Below, one piece after another: positions 45,212 to 64,000 of a stretch of 64,000 nucleotides of DNA. Within the stretch, counting starts at the first letter, position 1, and each line of letters begins with the position of its first letter. The translations under genes were made by a program, and so were the position numbers. The notes beneath the pieces were generated by a model that was not told the origin of the DNA, ran no database searches, and worked only from the letters and a program-made list of their open reading frames with translations. Origin of the DNA: the human T2T-CHM13v2.0 reference genome, Homo sapiens; the NCBI RefSeq assembly GCF_009914755.1, contig NC_060938.1; one strand, written 5' to 3'.

Positions 45212-48200
45212 AAGAAGACTTTCAATCTGTTAGGTGATAAGTTCTCATTTGTTAATTCAACAATTTTAGGGGGGGTGATTTTTATACACTCTATCCATCC
45301 CTTCTCAATTGAGGTTCCCCATCTAAACTATCAAACACAGAAAATTGTTTGACTGTCTTCTCAATTCTCCTAAGGGTGGCACACCAGCTAGTACCATTCT
45401 ATATGTGTGAGAGATAAGTTAATTCACTAGATACAAAAATTCTCTCAGAACCTTTTAAGAAAGGTTGGGTAATCTGTAGTCTGCTAGGAATATGTGACAC
45501 AAAGACATAAAACGTGGCTCTTAAGGTGCTCACATTCCAAGAGAGGGGAAAAGACATTTAACAAAAAAAATGCATTTCTAATATCAACCACACAATTTTG
45601 TTCTTTTCATCTAATGGTTTGAGGAAAATGTTCAAAGTCACAGTGGCTGTATATAAGGAAATCCTTTCACCTCTTCTAAGCATTATTTATTCAGGAAGAA
45701 GAATGTAATAAGAATGATAAAGTCTGTATTACAACTTATCACAGCTGAAGGATGCTGGCAGTAACTTAAATGTCGATAGGAATCTCTTTAATTTTAAAGC
45801 CTAGAGCATTCAGTGACAGGTTAGTGATTTCATTGGTAGCTATTAATAAATAACAGTAACTAAAACTAGGCTTATTAGTTTCATAGTAAAGAGTAGAAAA
45901 TGGGTATAGGTAAGTAGATAACTAATGTCCAATAGGCTGTTCTTGAATGTAATTGCAAGCACAGTGAGAGATTTTTGCCCCCGAAGTACAACTCTTATAC
46001 CAATAATGAAAATGTTCAGGAATTTAATTTATTCTCACTATCAATTAAAACTCACTAAAATTCCTGCTGTCAGAAGGTTTAGTCATATTCATTAGTTTTT
46101 CTTACGGATTTGATTATTTCTGAACTATAAATTTATTTGTGCTCCCTATACTGATTTGTGCATTTAAACTTGAGAGCAGTTAGCTTTCATTCCTATTACT
46201 CAGTACTTCACACTGATTCCTTTAGGATAAACTTTACTAACACATTTTTCCTTCTTCCTTCCAATTTCTTACCAAACTTTATTTTAACAGCACAGCTATG
46301 GAAAGATCAAGGTTGTCATGTTGAGAAAAGCACAACAATAGAAATTACGACCAGATTTAGCTTGTTTTCTTAGCAATAATGAACAATTTTAAAAGATTTT
46401 GCTTTGCCTGCATTCATTCTGAAAAACATTTTAAAGCAGAAAAAGCAGATTATGCCGATATTTTAATAAGGTGGAATAAAGGAAAATATAAGAGTAACAT
46501 AATTTTATTAAACTCATTTTATTAATAATAAATATACTTTTTCTTATCTTATGATCTCTGAACTCCTATTTTATTTTGAGGAAGCTGAATTTAAAATAGA
46601 GTGCTATAACGTGTTTCCTTTGTGTGAAAGTTAATCTGAGAAGGCAAAAGGTCTATCTCATTCTTACTAGGCTTCAAGTCCTTTATATCTAATAACAAGA
46701 AAATTCTCTAAATTAGGCAACTACTCCCTAACAAATCATCTATTTTTTCTTTTAGTTTTTTATTTTCTCCACTGAATGACAGCAGAATGTATTCAAGACC
46801 TTGCAAAGGATATGGCTGAAGATGTAGCTTCCTTATATAAACATTTTGTGGAGGTTTCCATAAAATGAAGTGAAACTTTTGTGAAGTTTCACTTTTTTTA
46901 TTTTGAATATAGATAATAACAGTAGCAGGCACTAATAATCAGTCTCCTAGTTTCTTAATCTCTCTTCTCCCCCTATTTGCCCTCCTACCATCAAATACTT
47001 CACTGTTGCTGGCAGAAACTAACTCATGGCACAAGAGATCAGGTGGGTGAGAAAGAGATCACTGGGGGAAAGTAAATTGCCCCAGAAAGACTGTTTGGTG
47101 CAAAGATCCTTTTTTCACATGTAACAATCTTTAATTTTATGAACATCAAAATCAATACCTGAAAAGTGCACTAGTTAGATATTTGGAATTTTTCAAATAC
47201 AAACCACCACCAGACTTTTTGTATTTGACTTAGAATGCTTTTTAGATTTCTTATAATATTTAGTACTTATGAAGAAATTTAGTGTTTTTTACTTATATCA
47301 GCAACATAAAAACTGCTCAAATTTGATTCCTCAGATGTTCAGGAATCAAATTTTCTTTGGTTTATTCATAGCCGTAGTAGTACATGTATATTTGCATTGT
47401 AATCAAAGGTGGTAATCGCCCTACAGAGTTCTTAAGCAGAGGTCCTCAAAGAAAATACTGTATCTCTTATAAGTTAAATTATTTTCTCATCCAATGCTTT
47501 CTGATCAAAATTAAGATAGACTCTGTCAGAGGGATAAAATATGAAGTCTGTTTAGATATCCTGCTTCTCATGAAGGTTAGTAACTACATGGTAAGGCTAA
47601 AGGCCATCTGTAGAAAGCTTCTCTTTTACCAACAAGAAAACTGGTTTTCAAATTTCTCGTTACTTTCTCGTTAGTGTTAAGATATTAGGAGCACACCATT
47701 TTGCATATGATATGTGTTCAACTACAGCATAAAATGACCTTTTTATTGTGAAATGGGTATTCAGTCCATATTGTAATAGAAAAATATATGGTCATTTAGG
47801 AGAAGGAAAAGATGACGTTCATCTTTTTAATAACAGAGTTTTAAAATAACTCCTTTTTTACTGAACATGGAAATAATACATGCTTTTTGCAAGAAAAAAA
47901 AGAATTTGGGGAAAATATAGCAAAGCAAAATGAAGTTAATAAAAACACCAATAATCTGAACCCACAATTATTACCTAAGACTAATTCATTAATTTGCCCA
48001 ACTGGGAGCACACCATATATACTGGTTTATATCTTGGTTTTCTTAGTAATATCATCCCAATTATTATAATAATTACTAAAATGTATAGTACACTTACTGT
48101 ATGCCATGTATTTTTATAAGTACTTTGTATATTATATCTAATTTAATCCACACAAGCCTACAAAATAGGTAGGTACCACTTTACAGATAAGAAAATTATA

Positions 48201-48634
48201 TTTAGAAAGATTAAATGATTAAATAAATTGACTTGGATGTAGCAAAAGATGATAGAACTAGAATTTGAACTAGGTAGTCTTTACTCCAGATCCCTTGCTC
48301 TTAGCCACTCTCCTTTTCATATAATGTAAGCTTTTCTTCATTTAATAACTGTTCTACAAAAAAATTGGGATTTGTCAATCACTGAAAAATACTTAAAAAC
48401 TATGAGTAATTTAATTTCCCTATCATTAAACATTTAGGTTCTTTCCTATTTCCTATCACATTCTCTTTGTATAAATTGTTATGTATACTTCTAATGATCA
48501 CTTTAGAAATATTTCCTAAAATACAATAACTCACTCAAAATTGTGAAGTTTCATATTACATATTGCTAAATTACCCTCTTAGAATATGTACAAGTTTATG
48601 TATTTGTACTATCAGTTTATGAGACTGTATTTCC

Positions 48635-48768
48635 ATTAATCATTGTTAATCTTACCAATCTGGTAGGTGAAAAATTGTATTTTTATTGGCATATTGTAGA
48701 ATATTAATCATTTTTAATCTTACCAATCTGGTAGGTGAAAAATTGTATTTTTATTGGCATATTGTAGA
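48635..48768. repeat. 68-bp tandem duplication
   Basis: attaatcatt(g/t)ttaatcttaccaatctggtaggtgaaaaattgtatttttattggcatattgtaga occurs twice, one mismatch. Confidence 0.95.
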
Positions 48769-49649
48769 GTAATTTAAACACTGTTCTTGAATTTATTCAG
48801 TTTTGTTTCTCCTTTTATAAACTGCCCAGGTTTTCTGTTTTGTTTTGTTTTTGGCTCAGTAGCTGTTCTTAAATACTGATTGTAACCACAAAGAGGAGTG
48901 TAAAGAATTGGTTGTCAAGAAATAATTTTGGTAAGGTCAAATTTATGTTTTGGCTGTATCATTTTGACATATAAACCATTCATTTTCTCATTTCTCAAAC
49001 TCCGTTAACATACCAGTACTCAATTATTTTATCACTCATGCTCTTAACAACACAGATCAAGCCAAAAATTATATCCTGAATCAAAGGCATTAAGTTAATA
49101 AAATACAAACACATTTCTTCCTAATAAGTTAGTTTTTCCCTTTGTGAGATTTTTTCATGGCTGATGCATGATAGTTTATGTTCTAACTATCCTTTTCTTA
49201 TGTAATGTTCACTGTTAAATAATTTACAGATAGAAACTTATTGAACTTCAGTAATGTAGAATTAATGGTCTATTCATAGATATAAGCCCTGGAAAATAAT
49301 GTATAATTTGGACTTTTAATACACTTAGCTACTATTAGCAGTCATTTTAAAAAATACCAAATATAAACTCTTACACAATTATTTTGCTTGGCAAACTCAT
49401 TTTTCTATATAGGAATTCCAAAGGAGACATTATTCTAGCATGCAATTAATATGAATTATATTTGATTATCTAGATATTGAAACCATTTTATAAACTTCTC
49501 TGACATGTAGAGCTCAACTTCCTCTTAAGCATTCAAGAGAACCTATTTTTTTTTAGTTGCCCATAATATGCAAACCATTTCAGAACCCAGAGATTTTTGG
49601 TGAGTGAATTAACATGTAGTTTGTATTTTTACATGGAAACTATATGTAT

Positions 49650-49860
49650 AAATGGTTTTCAACCAGGGTAAATTTTGGTTCCCCAGGGACATTTGCAATG
49701 CCTGGTGACATTTTTGGTTGTTACAATTGGAGGGTACCTAGTGATATCAGGTGGGTAGAGCCCAGGAATGCTGCTAAACATCCTGTAGTGCATGGGACAG
49801 TCCCGGCAATAAAGAATTATCTGACCCAAAATGTTAATGCAGAGATTGGAAAAACCCTCA
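49650..49860. mobile_element. MER20 hAT relic
   Basis: tggttttcaacc…ccccagggacatttgcaatg…atgctgctaaacatcct…aagaattatctgacccaaaatg. Confidence 0.85.
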
Positions 49861-50459
49861 TGACATAATATCGAGTACGCACTAACTGCCAGGTTGTGCT
49901 GGAGGCTGCGGGTACATGGGTAGAAAGTTATGATCTTACTGGTTAGGAAAGTTACATTTCATTGTGAAACAGAAAGATCTAGATTTTTTAAAGGATAATT
50001 TAAATGATAATGAGATTTTAAAAATGATATGATATTAACATATAATAATGTAATATAATTGTTATGTTAATATAATCACATTTTGTTATAAGAATATATA
50101 ATTATTGTGCTGTGGTAATTTTATGTGTGATAAATATATGACATATTTAGGAACAAAAATTCTGCCTGAGGGACTTACTTAGTTTTGGGAAACTTTCAAA
50201 GAAGTGACAAGTGATACTGGCACTGTTTTTGTTGTTGTTGTTTTTATTCCTTACCTTTTATTTAATTTACAAAAAAAAAACCCACAAATAGTAAGTTACA
50301 CCATAATGGATTTTCAAAAACTGAACATATCTATATAACCATCCAGATCAAGAAACCAGAATATTATCAGTGTCCCAGAAAATGGCCCTTGTTCCCCCTT
50401 ACAGTCACAGCTCAATCCTCAAGTGTAACTACAACTTTGACTTTTAGCACTACAGATTA

Positions 50460-50510
50460 CTTTTTTTTTTTCAAAGACAGGAGCTCCCTCTGTCACCCAG
50501 ACTGGAGTTA
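50460..50510 (-). mobile_element. Severely 5'-truncated Alu (3' end only) within an old L1 fragment
   Basis: T-run + agacaggagctccctctgtcacccagactggagt; attacttt on both sides. Confidence 0.7.
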
Positions 50511-52505
50511 GAATTACTTTTGTGTTTTACCGAACTTTGTATAAGTGGAACCATATAATATGTAATCTTTTGTGTCTGGATTCTTTTGTTTAGTGTCATT
50601 TTTGTAAAATTGATTCATATTATTTCATGTAGTGTTGTTCATTCTCATAACTATATTGTATAATACAGCTATATTTATTAACCCATTCTACTGTAAAGGC
50701 ACAATGGCTGAAACCGTTAAGTTGACAAATAGGTCAGTTTGGCTGCAGAATGGGTTTTGAGGGAGTGGCAAGAGAGAGCTGGGAAAAGTAGGTAAGGTCA
50801 GATGATGGAGGATACCTTTGTCATATTAAAGGCATTTGGATTTTTTTTTCTATTAAGAAATGAGATTTTTCAAAAGATATTAAACAAGGGGAAAATATAA
50901 TGAGACTTGCATTTTAGAAAGACCATTTTGACAGCAGAATAGAATGGGTTGAGTGGGAGCAAGCTTAGCTGTAGCACCAATCAGGAGGTCATTGGAATAG
51001 TTCAGATAAAAGATGCTGAGAACCTAGAAGTAGACAGTGTAGGTGGGGATAGAAAGGGACATATGATTTTCTCTGGATAGAATTAATTGCACTTTTGGAA
51101 TAACTGAGAATAAGGGTTGCAAAGACTAGTTTTCTGAGCCAACCTTCAAAGCCCGTGTGTATTACTAAAATGCAAAATGTGTGCAATAAAGAAAAATAAT
51201 AGAATTTAATGTTAGAATTTAAAGTTGAATTCAAAATAATTTTCAAATGTATCTTTAATGTTTGAACTTACAGAAAAACAGATATCATTAGTTGAGAATA
51301 AATTAATAAAAATCTTTATGGATAATCTGAAGGAAACTTGGCAACAGTCTAGACTAAAGGTTAATAGTACTGGCCACTTGTTTGTTTTCATTTCAATTTT
51401 TAAAGTATGGCTTTCTCTTTTGTTGTTTCAGGATATCACTCATGGTACATTTTGCCACTATTACGGTAGCTTTCAGTTGAGGAGGGAAAAAAATGTGTGT
51501 GTGTGCGTGCGCGTGCGCGTGTTCACCTGTGCACACATTCACGCGCTAAATGCAGGAGTTGAGAGAAGAAAGGAAAGGGGGAGTTAAAATATTGCATATG
51601 GATGAATAAGAAGAAAAGTGTCTTAAGCAGAATGAACTTAGTTCCCTGTTATTATTTCTGGGTGGGGAAATTGCTCTCTCTTTTTATTTTGTTTGTGCAT
51701 GCATGCCTAAGGAGAATAAAGGCACTCAGAAAGTTCCCCCATAGTCACCGGGTGATAGCTTCATTTCAAAGATGTATCGTTTTCTATCTGAGACAGTAGT
51801 CAAGCTAATTGTCTCTTTGTGACCTACAGAATGCCAGCAATTAGCTTTTGATAAAAAGAACAGTGCCTATCAATGTTTTCAAAGATGAAGAATTCTGACA
51901 TAAAAAATAAAATTAGTGAACTCTCATTTGATGGTAATTACACCTGTTGTCTATTGACTAAAGCAAATATGTGATACTTTTTAAAATTATGGTCAATTCT
52001 GTAAGATTTTTAGATGAATTTGTATCTTATTATAACATCTATATTCATTAAAAGCTCTAATACACATAAATGAGGGTAATTTATTCATTGTATAATCAGT
52101 GCTTTTTGCATTAATTGGTGAAAGGCTTCTAATTGCTCTGATATACCTCAGGGTCTGTCCTCCACAAATGAAGAACCACAGGCACTTGATTTTTTTGTTT
52201 GTTTCTGTTGCATTTGGGGAACATCTGTATTAGGTCCAAATTTTAGTGAATTCTAAATTTTATGCTTTCAATTAATGATTTTATTGTAGATTTTTAAAAA
52301 TCAAGTAAAGAGTAATCTTTATACTAATTTATTTTGAAAATGTCAGATTTTGAAAACAACAGACCAATGTAACACTGAGTAAAGCACATCTGCATTTTTA
52401 ATTTTTAGGAAGAAATATGGATTCCTTTTCTTGTCACATTTATTACTTAAAAAAAATAAAGTATGCCTGTTAATCTTCAACACAGATTCAAAGATGAGAA
52501 TAGTA

Positions 52506-52851
52506 TGTATTAGTCTGTTGTCATGCTGCTAAAGAGAGACATACCTGAGACTGGGTAACTTATAAAGGAAAGATGTTTGACACACAGTTCCACATGGCTG
52601 GGGAGACCTCACAATGATGGCTGAAGACGAATGAGGAGTCATGTCGTACTTGGCAGCAGGCAAGAGAGCTTGTGCAGGGGAACTCCCATTTATAAAACCA
52701 TCAGATCTCATGAGACTTATTCAATACCACAAGAACCAATGGGGGAAGCACCCCCATGATTCAATTATCTCCACCTGGCCCCGCCCAGGGCACAAGGGGA
52801 TTATTACAATTCAAGGTGAGATTTGGGTAGGGGCACAGCCAAACCATATCA
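52506..52851 (-). mobile_element. THE1 solo LTR, TSD tagta/tacta
   Basis: tgtattagtctgtt…gccaaaccatatca. Confidence 0.92.
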
Positions 52852-53814
52852 TACTATAATGGCAAAAATTTAAAGAATCAAGGAGCTACCTTGCTTTGTA
52901 TTTGCTTCTACTTTTCTTCATCAGTTTTATCAAAAACAGATTTTGGCACTGTATTTTTACCTCCATAATTTGAGTTTTTACTGAAGGATCCTTGAGAGTA
53001 TTAAAAGCATGGCAATTAGCTAGAAGCAAGAGTTCTTTTTCTATTTTGCCGTTAGTTTATCTGCCATATTCCTTATCATATCATTTTATCACCAAATGAA
53101 GTCCTAAAATCAACAAATGAGAAACTTTTAAAAGTACTTTGACATCATCTTGTATTCAATCAAGAAAATATTGAGACTTTACTAGTTTTAAGTGAGAAAG
53201 AATTAAAAGTATTAGTTGTGGCAAAGATTTAGTCCCTTAACCCGAATATTTGTTAAAATCAAAGAACAAAATAACCTATCTAATCACTGCAAATCATTCT
53301 TATCTAAATGTTGCCATCACAGGAGTAGCCAGGTATCATTAGTGTAATCTTCAGTCTCAATACCCTTCAGTCATGAGTCCAATAACTCAAACCTCATTTC
53401 AAGTTCACATTCCTTTTATCCCAAATAATGGAAAAATGGGAAGAATAGTACCCTTTCTTTTTTGTCTAAGCTATTAACTGCATATGCCTGAATGGAAGAT
53501 GACAGCAACTATAATATGAGACACCTATTTTCCCAATGAGAAGATCCATAAATGGGGGGATTATCCATCTTAAATGTACATACTTTTAGCAATTTAGATA
53601 AAATAGTGGAACACTTAGGTTAACTAATTTAAAACACAAATATAAATTTAAAGCCACATTGAAAATAGTATATTATTTAGGACAACTGATTCTTTTTCAT
53701 GGCAATTTTTTGAAAGGTGTTATGCAAAGTCTCAACATATACCATTAACATCAATGTCTTTATTATCATTTCCAGAGTCTAAGTAATTTAAAAGTTTTCC
53801 ATGCTATATCATCT

Positions 53815-54930
<1,116 letters not shown>

Positions 54931-55639
54931 TTCTTACTGCTTAATTATGAATACATGGAATTTAAAATTTTTCTATTTAAAGATATTACTGGAAATGTTA
55001 TTCCAAGCCTGAAGTAGCCATTTGCCTAACATTAGGACACTTACCATTTTCTTTTATCCTGTAAAGATATCCTAACATTCACAATATAACCACATACAAT
55101 ATTGCTTTTTATTAATTATTTCTGACAGGTATCTTTTATATCCAAACAACACTAGTATTGATGAAGAGATCTTTTAGGCTTGTGGGCCTTCATCAAACAG
55201 TACTTTTTGATTTAAAAAAAGTGAATTCAGTAAAATATGCGAGGCCTTATAACAGTTCAAATGTAAGGCAACTAACTGTTCTTTGCTGATGAGTAACTTT
55301 GGTTTAAAAAAATAACTTGCCATATGGAAGTTAAGATGTGGGAACATGGGTTTGATTTTGTGCTATTCATGTATATTGGAGGTGATCTCAACTCTGTGCT
55401 AATTCAAACAATTTATATTTCCAGGTAAAAATAAACTTTAGAATTTGTAGAAAATTCATATGCTAGTGTTGCATCCTGAAATTATTATTTGTCTCCAAAT
55501 TAAAGTGAAAAGTGATTCAATAGAGAAACACCTTGATTCCCCATATCTGTCAGTTGATAAAGTAGCTATTGCAGAATTCTACAACAGAGAGAAGGAAGAG
55601 TGAGATAGTAAATAGAAGAGTAGCGTTTATGAGTTCAAT

Positions 55640-56690
55640 TAAAACTTTAAAGAACAGATAATTCCTGTCTTATTTCCTCATTATTTAAATTGTATCTAAA
55701 CACAGGATGAAGAAAACATCTGAACTCAATCTATAAAGATAACAAAACCTTCATACCAAAGTGGAATAAAAATAACAAGGAGACTATAGACCTAATCATA
55801 TGTGAAAATATATGTAGAAATATTGAAATAATATGCAAAAACTTGATACAGCATCAAGTTTTTTCTAAATGTACACCTCTTCCTAAGCGAAACTGATTTT
55901 AAGAATTCAAGAACGGTAAATTTTAGACATCCTTTAATTTCATTTTTATCATTATTAGGTAAATCACAAAAGATTATATGGTCATCTTGATGTATGCCAA
56001 AAAGACATAAAATTCAGTGTATTTTTTTCCTTCTAAGGATACATAGTAAACTAGAATGAAAGAAAAATTTTAAACATGGTAAAATGTGTTTATCACAAAA
56101 ACCAACAAATACAATAAAGCTGAAACACTGGATAAATTCTTACTAAAGACAGAAAAAAGAAAAAGATAGTTACAGTCACCATTATTTGTTCTAGAAAGTC
56201 TAACCAGCACAGACAGTTTGGGCAGTCAGTAATATGTGTCAAAAATTTGAATGTAATGATATAATTACATAGAGAGATTATATGATGGAAATATGAGAAA
56301 AGATATGAAGAATGAAATGAGAAGGTCCAAAGTACATTATATCAGAGCCCCAAAAGGAAAAAATAGAAAGAATAAAGGCAATGATCAAAGAGATAATGAC
56401 TATAAAGTTTACAGAACTAATGAAAAAACACAAATCCAGAAATCCTAACGGTATAGTGTATCTCAAGAAGGATAAATAAAAGAAATATGTTTCTGAACAC
56501 ATGGGAATGAAATGTCAGCACTAAAGTAAGGGAACTATTGAAAGTAACCAGGGAGAAACAGCAGATCACTTACGTAGAAATGACAGCAGGCTTTTCGACA
56601 ACATTGGAATAAAACAGACAATAGAACATGTAAAGCATTGAAGGAAATAACGAGAATTGTTTATTAAGCAAAATATCTTTCAAGAATAGA
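55640..56690 (+). mobile_element. Ancient L1M fragments (ORF2-like then ORF1-like)
   Basis: Degenerate motifs (atatggtcatcttgatgtatgccaaaaagacat; gagaaggtccaaagtaca…). Confidence 0.55.
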
Positions 56691-56696
56691 GATAAA

Positions 56697-64000
<7,304 letters not shown>

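Overview
Primate (most likely human) AT-rich genomic DNA from inside the gephyrin gene (GPHN), transcribed on the + strand. Two exons are recognisable. One is a constitutive 93-nt G-domain exon at 23594-23686 ([31 protein letters not shown], usually numbered exon 4). The other is the 39-nt alternatively spliced G2/C5 cassette at 41792-41830 (KFPTFPFCGLQKG). The rest is intron dominated by transposable elements: several L1s of different ages (including a young twin-primed, 5'-inverted L1PA2-like copy with a 14-bp TSD), about ten Alus, a full-length THE1 provirus, solo MaLR LTRs, MER21, MER5/MER20/MER58 DNA transposon relics, and MIR/L2. Nearly all ORFs in the track are repeat-derived or spurious. 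I find no evidence of a wholly new biological system. The best lead is a non-repetitive ~1.4-kb island around the G2 cassette. It holds a perfect GAG|GTAAGT donor 209 nt upstream of G2 that closes a phase-0 open frame (candidate in-frame cassette or alternative first exon), G-run enhancers, a dense UGCY cluster, a candidate poison exon and an AATAAA. Repeat subfamily names are by-eye calls and repeat boundaries are approximate.
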